From Eledone cirrhosa (lineage: Eukaryota): a DNA stretch of 64,000 nucleotides. The notes under the pieces were generated by a model that was given only the letters and a program-made list of their open reading frames with translations, was not told where the DNA came from and searched no databases. The position numbers and the translations under genes were made by a program. The stretch is taken from NCBI GenBank assembly GCA_964016885.1, contig OZ024753.1:42098001-42162000 (forward strand), read 5' to 3'. Positions 14,041 through 27,569 of this stretch are shown in pieces; the stretch's first letter is position 1, and every line of letters starts with the position of its first letter.

Positions 14041-14630
14041 AGGCATATGACTTAGTGGTTAAAGTGTTGGGCATGCAATCGACAGGTTGTGAGTTTAATT
14101 CTCTGACCGGATGATGTGTTGTGTCCTTGAGCAAAACACTTTATTTTTCACGTTGCTTCAGTTTACTCGGCTGTAGAAATGAGTTGTGACATCACTGGTG
14201 CCAAACTGAACCGGCCATAGCCTTTCCCTAGGACAACATTATATATATTGTATACATAGTGTACATATAGGGTATATATAGTGTATATATATATATATAT
14301 ATTGTATAAATGAGTTGTGATGCCACTAATGCCAAGCTCTACCAGCCATTGCCTTTCTCTTGGACAACATTATACATATTGTATACATAGTGGGTATATA
14401 TTCCGTATATAGTGTGTGTATATATATATATTATATAAATGAGTTGTGGTGTCACTGGTGCCAAGCTGTATCAGCCATTGCCTTTCCCTCGGACATCAGT
14501 GTCATAGAGGGGAGAGACTGGTATATATGATCAACTGCTGGTCTTCCACAAACAACCTTGCCCAGACTTGTATCTCGGAGGGGAACTTTCGAGGTGCAAA
14601 TCCCATGGTCACTCATGACCGAAAGTGGTC
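14041..14630 (+). mobile_element. tRNA-derived SINE with internally triplicated segment
   Basis: Head TGACTTAGTGG...GTTTAATTC like the 3550 family; the ATGAGTTGTG..CACTGGTGCCAA..GCCTTTCCCT..GGACA block occurs three times (about 14180, 14310, 14440). Confidence 0.7.
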
Positions 14631-15214
14631 ATTTATAGTCCTTTCCAATACTGATTTCTTTTTCTGTATGTTTGACCAATTTATAATTATATCAACAATA
14701 AATTTATTTGTTGGACTATTTTCATAGTAAAAATAAGTAAATAAGTTGAAGCTTCTAAATTTTCAATAAATACTTAAATATGATACATATGTTTGAATTT
14801 GTCAGAATTATTTTTCAAAATAGTTTTGAAAGTATTATGCAATCTGTAGCCAACAAATTTAAAACATTATCAGTTTCAGAGGATACCACCAAGGGTGATA
14901 GCATAGTTATTTTGCAAAAACATACTAACTTTGGTATAAATATTTGTATTTCTCTCTCTCTCTCTCTCATACATACATTCATACATAGATACACACGCAC
15001 ACAATCATACATATACACATGCAGTATATGCATATATTCATATGTACATACACATATATGTGTCTGCATAAGTTATTTATGTTCATACACTGCAGATGGG
15101 TCACAATTTTGATACCACTGTGTATTCTGGAGGGGTGGCCAAAATTGGGCCTTGAAATCTTGGGTAGCACTTTCACTCTGAGTATGAACATAAATATACA
15201 TGTATGTATGTATG

Positions 15215-15259
<45 letters not shown>

Positions 15260-15393
15260 GTTTACATATGTTTATATATAAATACAGATATACATCATCA
15301 TCATCATCATCATCGTTTAACGTCTATCTCCCACACTAGCATGGGTTTAGACGGGAATTGTCTCACTTGAGGCATATACATGTACACATACAG

Positions 15394-15429
<36 letters not shown>

Positions 15430-15461
15430 ACACATGCAGATATATACATATGTTTATACAC

Positions 15462-15507
<46 letters not shown>

Positions 15508-15766
15508 ATACAGATAGTCTGTAGACATGAGATTTGTGTGGTTTGTTGCAACAAGAAATTAGAACATGACAGCAATATTGTAAATAACATCCTGCTTTTG
15601 CAGCTCACAGTTGGGTTTGTTAATATCAGATTCCATCTCATCATGAGGAATCGGTTAAATGGAGAAGGTGGAACACAACCCTGATTGCTTACATCAAATA
15701 TGTGTGGGGGTGGGGGGGTGTTATGGCGTTGAGCAGGTGGTGTGTAATACATATATATATATATAC

Positions 15767-15799
<33 letters not shown>

Positions 15800-15857
15800 T
15801 ATATGTATTACATACATATATATATATATATATATATGATGAAAAATATATATATAC

Positions 15858-15896
<39 letters not shown>

Positions 15897-16029
15897 AAAA
15901 ATATATATATACATTGAATATATTTATATCTGATGAAAAAAATATATATACATAACATATGTGTATAATACTTATAATGCATATAAAAGTATCTATGAGT
16001 ATGTTGGTACCACAATATCTAGTCCTAAA

Positions 16030-16298
16030 TAAATGAGGTCGTGTAGGTGTCACGACAAAAAAACAGAGTCCACGCTGTAATGTGACCGTGTAGGTAACAC
16101 GGTAAAAAGCTCCCAGTCCACACTGTAAATGTGGTTGGTGTTAGGAAGGGCATCCAGCCGTAGAAAACCTGCCAGATACAGTCCTATACGAGCGAGACAC
16201 GGTCACCCGACCAACCTTGCCTCAAGTGGGACAATTCCCGTCTAAACCCATGCTTGCGTGGAAGATAGACGTTAAATGATGATGATGATGATGATGAT
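16030..16298 (+). mobile_element. RTE-related 3' UTR fragment
   Basis: GTGTTAGGAAGGGCATCCAGCCGTAGAAA...CCCATGCTTGCGTGGAAGATAGACGTTAAAT(GAT)n. Confidence 0.75.
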
Positions 16299-16437
16299 AC
16301 ATATATATGTGTGTATATATATAACCATACGCACACACACACACATATATATATACACACAAGCATGGAAAACCAGATATAAAAAAGTATAACAAGCATA
16401 TGCAAACAAATTAATATTACAGGATACAAAAATGTGT

Positions 16438-16526
<89 letters not shown>

Positions 16527-16847
16527 CTGTGTGCGCATGTGTGTATTTCTGACTGCGTGCATGTTTATATCTATTCATATACTGTATATATATATAGATC
16601 AGGATTTTACCAGTTTTAAACTAGTAAGACCATTGTTCAGCAGAGTAGTTGGTTCTTGGGATAGTAGAGTGTAAATATATTAGAGTCAGTGCCCATTGGC
16701 TGAGCTCTTGCAGTTTCAACAACAAATTCCAGACTGGTGATAAATGGATGGATAAATGGTCAAGAAAAGGAAATTGGCTCTTTGAAGTGTCAATATCCTT
16801 TTCTTGACAGCTTATCTATTTATCAACATGTCAATCACCATAGGCCA

Positions 16848-16926
16848 TGCCCCTGATGAGATGGCTTATTCACAGCAAGTATTTTGGAATTTGCTCTCGA
16901 AACGGCAAGAGCTCAGCCATTGAGCC
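16848..16926 (+). ncRNA. Decayed full-length type I hammerhead motif inside a diverged inverted repeat (16697-16919)
   Basis: TGCCC-CTGATGA-GATGGC...GCTCTC-GAAA-CGGC aagagctca GCCA-TT-GAGC; GCCATTG is explicable as CpG decay of GCCGTCG. Confidence 0.5.
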
Positions 16927-17287
16927 CCCTCTCTTTAATACATCTATATATACATATGTACACACATGTATATACATACATATATACCAATGTTGTGTCA
17001 TTGAGCAAGACATTTTGTTTCATGTTGCACCAGTCCACTCAGCTGGTAAAAATGAGTTGTACCTGGAATTCAAGGGGCCATCTTTGACATACAGTGTCAC
17101 ATTGAATCCCCCTGAGGATTATAGATTAAGGTACGTATATCTGTGGAATGCTCAGACACTTATATGTCAATATATATACATATTCTGTCTGATGATCCTG
17201 TAAGAAGCAGGTGAAACTGCAGAGTAACAAGACACACTATTTAGCCTTAATAAAATGAATATACTTCAAATTAAAAGATATCTGTAT

Positions 17288-17366
<79 letters not shown>

Positions 17367-17820
17367 CATATATCCCATTGAGAATATACAATATATTGCA
17401 TAAACCACATATTTCAAACAAAAATATGTACTATAGATGAAAACAATAAAAATTCCTTATAGTGCTGTTTCATGACTTAATTTTAAATCAATCTATGTAA
17501 TTGATCATCAATCAAACTATTGATTCTGGTTAAGTAAATATATATAAATAAATAAACATATATATATCCATATAAATATATATATATATATCCATATAAA
17601 TATCCATATAAATATATATATATATATATATCCATATAAATATATATATATATATATATCCATATAAATATATATATATATATATATCCATATAAATATA
17701 TATATATATATATATATATCCATATAAATATATATATATATATATATATCCATATAAATATATATATATATATATATATTTATTAAAATAACAGATTTTA
17801 GTCTTCAAATTTATTATTAT

Positions 17821-17864
<44 letters not shown>

Positions 17865-18006
17865 ATATAAATATATATATATATATATCCATATAAATAT
17901 ATATATATATATATATATTTATTAAAATAACAGATTTTAGTCTTCAAATTTATTATTATTACTATATATATATATATATCCATATAAAAATATATATATA
18001 TATATC

Positions 18007-18039
<33 letters not shown>

Positions 18040-18360
18040 ATACATATAAATATATATATATAAATATATATATCCATATATATAGAGATGGAAAGATAGA
18101 TAGATGGATAGAATTATGTGTATAATTATGTCTTTGGCATGTGTGTGTGTGTGTGTGTGCATGCGCGCGCATCTATTATAAACAAGTGATTTGATAACAG
18201 AAAGAAAACTACAGCTATACGAGAACAGAAAATATCACAGATGTGTTAGCAGCCATATTGCTGGCACCCAATTATATTACAGCAGTCGACGTAATAATAA
18301 TGATGAAGATGATTTTGAAAGCTGACTTGTATGGGCGATAATAAAATTTATAGTTGGCAG

Positions 18361-18570
<210 letters not shown>

Positions 18571-18852
18571 TTAACAAAACTCTTTACTACAAAATATATA
18601 TATCTAAGTATTTTGGTAAGATTTTAGGCACAAAGCCAGCAATTTGAAGGGGAGGGGGAAAGTTGATTAAATTGACACATGTGGCCTCAGAGCTATATGT
18701 GATTCCACATGTGGTTCCAGAGCTACATATGATTCCACATATGACCTCCAAAGCCACATATGACCTCCAAATCGACATGTGGCTCCAGAGCTACGTCTGG
18801 CATCGAAGCCACATGCGACATCGAAAGAAGAGAAAGGGGAATAATAATTTAC

Positions 18853-19459
18853 CTGTATGTGTTCGAAGGTGAGCTTTTAAATGAGAACTTTTTGTGTAGA
18901 CCTTTTTACAGCCCTCATAGAAGCATTTGTGTATTCTTCGTTTAATGTCTGTATTTGAACCACTTTCAAACTGTTGAATAACTTGAGCAATATGACCTGG
19001 TTGGAGAGGGTACGATGAACGGGACTCTTTTCCTGATGAGGACGAGGGGGAGGATGTATACATGGAAACTTTTTTCATTTGATCGTTTTCGGTATTGTTC
19101 AACTTGTGTCCGACACGACATTTTAAAAGGCAACTTCCTATAATTGAATCCTTTGGAGATTTACGAGGAGAAACTGGAGTGTCACTCAAATTACTGTCCC
19201 ATGACACTCCACTTGAAGAAGACTCAAAACTGTGAACGCTAACTGAATCCATTGTTTGGTCTTCCAAGTTGAGGTCTTCCATCTCTTCGAAGCCAACTTC
19301 ATTGCTTTCCGTATTTTCATCGTCATCATCGTCGTCTTCCTCTTCTTCTTCTTCTTCGTCGTCATTAAAAGTACTGAAGGAATTTCGACCAGATTTACGA
19401 TTCTTGAAAGCAGTTAATTTTGGTTCGTTTTTTAAATACCGTTCCATTTCCAAACAGTT
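18853..19459 (-). CDS. KLF6/7: Kruppel-like factor, KLF6/7 (luna) subfamily; internal coding exon (acidic/Ser-rich region plus zinc finger 1)
   Basis: Acceptor tttacAG|AAC at 19460/19459 (phase 0) and donor ACA G|GTAAAT at 18853/18852 (phase 1); 607 nt. Translates [14 protein letters not shown]... (matches the KLF6/7 motif TCLELERYLQxEP) through ...[31 protein letters not shown]. Confidence 0.93.
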
Positions 19460-19943
19460 CTGTAAATATAAAGAAGATTGAATAAAACAACAACAACAAC
19501 AACAGCCACAACAACAACAACAACATCAACACCACCAACAACAACAACAACAACATCATCAACAACATTAACAACACCACCACCACCACCATCAACATCA
19601 ACAACAACAGCCACAACAACAACACCAACACCAACAACAACACCACCACCAACATCAACAACAACATCAACACCAACAACATCAACAACAGCCACAACAA
19701 CAACAACAACAACAACAACATCATCAACAACAACATTAACAACAACACCACCAACATCAACAACATCAACAACAACAAATATGAAATAAAAGAACTTCAG
19801 AAAGGATATTGTGTCATAGAAACCATGGGAAACATTCTGAAAATATGTATTGAAAAGAAATAACAAAAGTACCAAAACAAAACAAACAGCACAGTACATA
19901 GAAGAAATATATTAGTTTAATGCTTGAAATAGCAGGAAGAGAG

Positions 19944-19979
19944 TCTTAACGTTTCGGACACTAGTCCTTCATCAGAAGA
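19944..19979 (-). ncRNA. Minimal type I hammerhead ribozyme motif (Penelope-type)
   Basis: Minus strand: TCTT-CTGATGA-A-GGAC tagt GTCC-GAAA-CG-TT-AAGA, i.e. intact core, perfect stem II, palindromic minimal stem III and stem I TCTT/AAGA. Confidence 0.65.
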
Positions 19980-20872
19980 TAGAGTTAGAAATAGAAGATA
20001 AATAGAAAGAAAAGAGTGATGAGAGGAAGAAACGGGAGGGAAATGTGGAAAAAAAAAATTGTGGAGAAAAAAACAAAAAAACAACACATGCGTATTCAGT
20101 CGGCCATCTTGAATTATTTATAAGATTATAAATGTTGATAAAATACTAAATACAAAAGCTAGTAACTGACATAAAGCTACAAGTGTGAATAACTATTTGT
20201 ATGCTTACTAAATTGACTAACTATTCTAGTTGTATTCATGGGAATATTCTTTAGAAAAACTTGCTCTATATGCATAATTATGTAAAGGACATGTAAATGA
20301 CATGTATATTTGCATGTTTGATAATTATTTTAGCCATTTCGTGACAATATTTCTAATGAAAGACCCTCTATTTCAATTAATTAACAAACAATTTTGAAGG
20401 GTTTATTAAAATTATTGATTAATTCATTACTGGGATTAGTTAACGCAACATATGTGAAGCCATGGTACTTTTTACACATGTGGTATACAGTTGTATATCA
20501 ATGCACTTCTCACACATGTAGCATAAAACCATTTCTCACTCCCATAAACCATGGCACTTCCCAAACATGTAGCACAGACCCATGTCACACTCCCATAAGC
20601 CATGGCACTTCCCAAACATGTAGCATAGACCTTTTCCCTTCAGTAGAGAGAGGACTGGAACACTACCAAGCCTTCTATATGATTTTGTTACCATCTTCTC
20701 CACCACTTCACAATCTGTCCCCCTTGTTTAGGATGTCAGACATTAGCGACAAAAGACTGCGACATATGAAATATTTGGACACCAGGGATTGGTTTTATAA
20801 TCATGAAACAAATTAATTAATTACCAGACAAAACCAGTAAAACATAATTATTCAAAATTAATTTATATTCTA

Positions 20873-21531
20873 CTAGCAGTAAAGCCCGGCGTTGTTCGGG
20901 GTCGCTCAGTAGCTGTGTTAAAGTTACAATGTTAAGTTTCTTTTTTGGCTTAAAGTCTGTCTGCACGACTGTCTGTCTGCACGCCTAACGAAATTTACAG
21001 ATACATATATTTTAAATAAACTTATATAATTTTTGCTTTTTTTTATGAAATATTTGCTTGTTTTACGTAGTCTTTAAATAGACTTGTTTTCAAGTAAAAA
21101 TATTGTTTTAAAAGGCTTTTAAATGGAAATGAAGCAAAACGGAAGCTTAGTGTTCGAACTGATGAATTTTGCAGGTCAAAATTTTGCTGGCTCGACAACT
21201 GTTCGTGTATTGTGTTAATGTCATTTTAAACGCTGAGAAAGCCAGCATAATTTTTTTAATTTTTGCACGCAGAAAATGTAAACAGAACGTAAGACGCTCA
21301 ATGTAAACAGAACAAAGGGAAATAACTCGTCACTTACGCTCAAAAATCGATACATTAGATTCGATTTCGTCACATAGGGTGGGTCAATTTGAAATATTTT
21401 TTTCCGATGTCTTCGCTAGGGCTCAATGTACAAGTATAGCAATTTCGGTGCAATTCCGTCAGAGATTCTAAGAGGAGATGTATGCCAAAAATCGATAGAC
21501 AGACAGACAACCACAGCTTTATATATATAGA
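20873..21531 (-). mobile_element. Non-autonomous Helitron (~660 bp) in the presumed KLF intron
   Basis: Minus strand reads A|TCTATATATATAAAG... at the 5' end and subterminal hairpin CCCGAACAACGCCGGG then CTAG|T at the 3' end; inserted between A and T with no TSD; (GACA)n near the 5' end. Confidence 0.85.
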
Positions 21532-21536
21532 TTGCT

Positions 21537-21603
<67 letters not shown>

Positions 21604-21780
21604 ATACATATATCTATGTATATGTATGTGTGTGAGTATATATATATATATAGTAATAATAAATATGAAGACTAAAATCCAACTAATTTGAGAAGATCCT
21701 GTTAAGGGTGAAAGCAACGATTCTTTGCTTAATCTTTAATAAAAAAAAAAATTAAAAAAATTATATATATATATGTATAT

Positions 21781-21973
21781 ATAGGTAAATGTTCAAGACC
21801 CCTACGGCAGAGCTCACGCCGTTTTGACAGCTATTTCTGGAAATAGCCGTTGAAACGGCTTGAGCTCTGCCGTCAGGGTCTTGAACATTTACCTATTACC
21901 TATTCTACTACCCTAAGTATTGAGTACTCTGGTGCATTATGGTCCATCTGGTTCCTTACCACAATTCCTTCAG
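21781..21973 (+). mobile_element. (TA)n-flanked fold-back element (hairpin 21781-21896 plus ~75-bp tail)
   Basis: 57-bp imperfect arms around TG; tail CTACTACCCTAAGTATTGAGTACTCTGGTGC..GGTCCATCTGGTTCCTTACC shared with 46676-46866 and 56473-56610. Confidence 0.8.
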
Positions 21974-22034
21974 TATATATATATATAATCATCATCATCG
22001 TTTAACGTGTAGCTTCCACGCTAGCATGGGTTTA

Positions 22035-22077
<43 letters not shown>

Positions 22078-22081
<4 letters not shown>

Positions 22082-22360
22082 CGAGTGATGTGTTGTTTCC
22101 TTGAGCAAGACACTTTATTTCACATTGCTCCAGTTTACTCAGCTGTAGAAATGAGATGAGAGGGACTGGGGTCCCTATCATTCCACTGTAAAGTGGTCGT
22201 GGAGGCGCCACGGAAAAAAAGCACCCAGCACTCACTGTAAATGTGGTTGGTGTTAGGAAGGGCATCCAGCTGTAGAAATCAAGCCAGAATCAGTTCCCGT
22301 CCCACCCTTGCAAGCAGGGAAAAAGCGGACATAAAATGAAATGATGCTGATGAATGATGA
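22078..22360 (+). mobile_element. 5'-truncated copy of the tRNA/RTE-tail SINE
   Basis: Colinear with about 3612-3941. Confidence 0.8.
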
Positions 22361-22534
22361 TAGAAGAGAATACATGAAAAAAACATGCTTTTTCATTACA
22401 GGGTGTTTTTTACCACCAGAGCGAAAGACATATAAACTGCAGTTTATATGTCGGTATATACTTTGAAGAGAAAATTTCCTTGAGCTCATTATATTACAGG
22501 GAACAACACGAGTCCTTTACTATGTTGCTTCATT

Positions 22535-22585
<51 letters not shown>

Positions 22586-22731
22586 TGTGTGTGTGTTAGG
22601 TAGCAAAGGAAAAAAGAGTGAAAAAAGCAAAGGAAAAAAGAGTGCTCTATGTATAGAACAGAGCTATTTCATTAGAAAGTGAACAACACAAAATATAACT
22701 ACTCCATTACCAAAGGTTTATATATATATAG

Positions 22732-23218
22732 GCGTACGAAAGGCCGGTTGTATGATGCCTGTGTGAGGAACGCGATGCTGCATGGTAGTGAGACATGGGC
22801 AGCAATTGCAGAGGATATGCGACGGCTGGAGAGAAATGAAGCAACCATGCTCCATTGGATGTGCAGTGTAAATGTGCGTGAACGACCCAGCATAAATGTG
22901 TTGAGAGAGAAACTGTGTCTGAGAGGGATAGAATGTAGTGTACAGGAGAGGAGACTGCGATGGTATGGACATGTGATGCGCATGGAGGATGACCGATGGG
23001 TGAAGAAGTGCCAGGAAATGCCAGTTGAAGGAAGACGTGGTAGAGGTAGACCACGAAAAACATGGGCGGAGGTGGTGAGAACAGACCTCAGATCATTGAA
23101 GCTCACGGTGGAGATGACGAAGGACCGTGATGAGTGGAGAGATGCTGTGCTGAATAAGACCCGTCCCACCCTTGCAAGCAGGGAAAAGCGGACGTGAAAT
23201 GATGATGATGATGATGAT
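22732..23218 (+). mobile_element. RTE LINE 3' fragment, same family as 54120-56460
   Basis: [12 protein letters not shown]...[20 protein letters not shown]...[12 protein letters not shown] followed by (GAT)n; near-identical to the 3' end of the long copy; starts next to (TA)n. Confidence 0.92.
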
Positions 23219-23553
23219 ATATCATCATTATTGTTGTTTAATGACTGGTTTCCCTGATAGCAAATGTTAGACAGGTCTACATGTACCAAGAGTCAGTACT
23301 GAAGCAGGGTCAGTGACCTCCTAGGCAGGTCGGGGTGTCTGCAACTCACTTACCTTATGGTCTTATATTCTATCGAGTGTACAGGCTAGGTTGTCATGTC
23401 CCTGACACGACTGAAAGGTCCTCCTATCCCTTAGTTTGGAAAGCTTTCTATAGCTAGATGCCCTTCCTATTACCAAACTACCAACCACTTTACAGTGTGT
23501 ACTGGATGTGTTTATCATGTAGATCTCTAACACTAGAGAGGTTGTTGCACCGT

Positions 23554-23588
<35 letters not shown>

Positions 23589-24154
23589 ATATATATATAT
23601 ATTATAAAGAGTCAGGACTCGATGGCTGAGCTCCGGCCATTTCAACAGCTAGTTCAGGGTCAAATTTTAATCTCTTAAAATTATAAGAGTAATGAGAAGA
23701 AATGTCATTAATGTTAACGAAAATTAATCTCAAAACAGAAAAGGGGAACAAATCGAGACATTTTTTGATTTTATGAAACCTCATCAACAAAGCCACAGTT
23801 GCTAATACTTTTAATAATTATCACTTATTTAATAATTATCACTTATTCCACTATAAGTTCTAGAATGGTACTTCATTCTTAGATGATCCTCTTAACTTTT
23901 TAAACTATAAGTAGGTACCAGGTTATAGAAACAATTATTACTACTACTAATAAGTAGTAGTAACATCACAACACAGGAAAGTCTTTTATAAGGTTTCTAA
24001 CTCTTACACTCAGCTTATTCCTAATTCCAAACCTCAACTTGAATTCTCTCTGACTGTATTTTCATTGACTTTTATCGTTGGTTTTTATTTACAGACTTTG
24101 TACATTAAGGCCAACTAGGCAGCTGTCTAGGTCACCAACATCAATGAAGAACTA

Positions 24155-24495
24155 GCCGAGGGTACTAAATACTCAGGCACACATTGTAGAGCTAGCCTAG
24201 TGTGCTAAATACCCAGGAACACATTGTAGAGCTAATCTAGGGTGCTAAATATGCAGGCACATATTGTAGAGCTAAACTAGAGTGCTAAATATCCAGGCAC
24301 ACATTGGAGAGCTAACTTAGGGTGCTAAATACTCAGGAAAACATTGTAGAGCTAACTTAGGGTGCTAAATACCTAGGTACACACTGTGGAGATAGACTAG
24401 GGTGCTAAATACCCAGATACACTTTGTAGAGCTAGCCTAGTGTGCTAAATACCCAGGAACACATTGCAGAGCTAAACTAGAGTGCTAAATACCCA
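24155..24495. repeat. 40-bp diverged minisatellite (~8 units)
   Basis: Unit approximately AGCTAGCCTAGTGTGCTAAATACCCAGGAACACATTGTAG. Confidence 0.85.
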
Positions 24496-25451
24496 TTAGT
24501 CATCTTAATTAATCTCAGACATACAAATATCCACTTCAACATCATCATCATAAATTGATAATGACTCTTCACAATTACTCTAATTAAAAACAATATTAAT
24601 GACAGGCCATAAAGTCATTCACACACACACACATATATGTACATCTATATATATACACACATATATATATATATATATATATACATACATTTATACATAC
24701 ACATTTTATACACATATACACACATTTATTTATGCATACACATTTATATACACATTGTATACACATACATATATATATATGCACATACACACACATATTT
24801 ATATATATATATACATACACACATACATTTATAATACACATATACACATGTATATACACACTACTCTAGCATTGTTCTCTCTCTCACTCCTTACTCAGTC
24901 TCCCCCTCTCTCACCCTCACTCACTCAGCCTCTCTCTCTCTCACCCTCTCACTCCTCACTCACTCAGCCTCTCTCTCTGTCACCCTCTCACTCCTCTCTC
25001 ACTCTCTCTCTCACCCTCTCACTCCTCATTCACTCTCCCCCTCTCTCACCTCACTCCCTCTCTCTCTCAGCCTCTCTCTGTCACCCTCTCACTCCTCTCT
25101 CACCCTCCTCACTCCCTCTCTCTCTCACCCTCTCACCCCCTCTCTCTCTCACTGTTGCTTTTCTAAACCCATCTCTATGTGACATCAACAAAACCTTCCC
25201 CAGCCCCTAACCTTTCTTTCCACTTTCTGACCTTTTACCATTCTCTGCCAGACAACCATTCTGCTGAACCTGCACAACACAAACAATCCCTATTATCACC
25301 ACTACACACTCTTCCCCCACCCTACACAGCATCTCTCTTTCACACATACCCCCCATCCCCCACAGAAACACACATACCTCTAACACACACAGACACACAC
25401 CTTTAACACACACAGACACACACCTTTAACACACACACACACACACACCTT

Positions 25452-25487
<36 letters not shown>

Positions 25488-26529
25488 CTTTAACACACAC
25501 AGACACACACATGCCTCTAACACATACACACACCTTTAACACAGACACATACATACCTCTAACACACACAGACACACACCTTTAACACACACAGACACAC
25601 ACCTTTAACACACACACACACACACACCTTTAACACACACACACACACACACATACCTTTAACACACACAGACACACACATGCCTCTAACACATACACAC
25701 ACCTTTAACACAGACACATACATACCTCTAACACACACAGACACACACCTTTAACACACACACACACACACATACCTTTAACACACACAGACACACACAT
25801 ACCTCTAACACACAGACACATACCTTTAACACACACACATACATACATCTAACACACACACATACATACCTCTAACACACACACATACATACATCTAACA
25901 CACACACATACATACCTCTAACACACACACATACATACATCTAACACACACACATACATACCTCTAACACACACACATACATACATCTAACACACACACA
26001 TACATACCTCTAACACACACACACATACCTTTAACACACACACACATACCTCTAACACACACACACACATACATACCTCTAACACACACACATACCTCTA
26101 ACACACACACACACATACCTCTAACACACAGACACATACCTCTAACATACACACACACACACATACCTCCCCCTCATACACATAGCCCCTCATCACACAC
26201 ACATATCCCCCCCCCCCCCACACACACACATCCCCCACATACCTCAATCCACCCCTTCCCACCCAAACACACCTCCCCACAAACACACATACTTCCTCTC
26301 ACATACACTTTCCTTCAACATTTTTTCCACAAATTTCCTAATTTCCATTGTTCCTCTCTCTCTTTCCATTCCTCTCACTGCCCCACCCACCCACCTCACC
26401 TCATTAACCCCCCCCCCCATTGTATATCGATCTTTATGTTACAGTTTTGTGCAGCAACAGATCAGCCCCCTCGAGGTGTGGGGAGCACCGTAATTTATTA
26501 TACATTTAGAATATTCTAAGAAATATAAT

Positions 26530-26717
26530 TGTTTCTACTTTTGGCACAAGGCCAGCAATTATCTCAGTGTATTACTGGTACTTTATTTTATCCACCCCGT
26601 AAGGATAAAAGGCAAAGTTAACCTCGGCGGGATTTGAACTCAGACCATAAAGGACCGTAACTCTTTGCTGCAAAGTATGGCATCCGACCCTCTACCGATA
26701 CTGGCAATTTCTACATT
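26530..26717 (-). mobile_element. Same SINE family, with TSD
   Basis: Reverse complement of the core; flanked by the direct repeat ATATTCTAAGAAATATAAT. Confidence 0.85.
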
Positions 26718-27361
26718 ATATTCTAAGAAATATAATGTAGGAATTAAGTTGCCCCCAGACGTGTTCCACGAAAATCAAATTGGAAACTAAGCATATATTT
26801 TAAAAAAAACCCGTCAACTGCCCTCTGGCCCTCCATGATTCAACAGAAACTAAGAGAATCATCTGGTTGTTTTGTCTCAGCTAAAAACAGACCATTTCTC
26901 CAAAACTAGAAGCTGTTGGGTTAAATGAGAGAGTAAAGAATCGTTATCATAGATAACCTTTTAACTCTTAACATCCTGCAATAATTTAGAACATATCTAA
27001 AAACAGATTTGTTTGTTAGTTTTAAAAACATGTCTTTTAATCCAAATGTTGATAGTAGCTTCACTGCTGGACAGATGTCTGTTTATTGAAATATTTATAA
27101 TAACTTCACTTCTGGACATTTGAAAAACATCTAAAAACAGATTTGTTTGTTAGTTCTAAAAACAAGTGTGTTAATTCAAATGTTTATAGTATCTTCACTG
27201 CTGGACAGGGACCCAGCTGTGGGTTAATACAGGCCTGACTGTCAGCTGTAGTGGAGGAGAAGATTGGGGTGACACAGTTAACCAAGTCATGGGTTAATAT
27301 GGCCCAAATCCTATCTCAACAGGTCCTCCTACTTCTCTTCCTATCTTAGATAATAGGTTAA

Positions 27362-27569
27362 CTCTTTAGCATTTAAACCAGCAGTTTACTGTCAGAATTC
27401 TCTCACCTCTTTCTGCTCAAACCAGCTGTAACCGGCCACTCATACTGATGTTAAGGTATTGTTCTCAAAATAAATAATATCAAAATCTCATAAATTTGAT
27501 ATTATGCGAGATAAAACCTTTACTGTGAAAATACAATAGTAAATATAGAGTAATGTAAATGCTAAAGGG
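27362..27569. mobile_element. piggyBac-type MITE (~210 bp), same family
   Basis: TTAA|CTCTTTAGCATTTA ... TAAATGCTAAAGGG|TTAA; partial copies at about 27665-27745 and 34922-35010. Confidence 0.82.

Noticed and set aside
18791-18852. C-terminal extension [19 protein letters not shown] of the 220-aa ORF
   Set aside because: Intron read-through; a canonical GT donor at 18852 splices to the exon with fingers 2-3.
19478-19789. Mucin-like Thr-rich ORF (also 28095-28537 and 45706-46311)
   Set aside because: Trinucleotide low-complexity tracts without splice or domain support.
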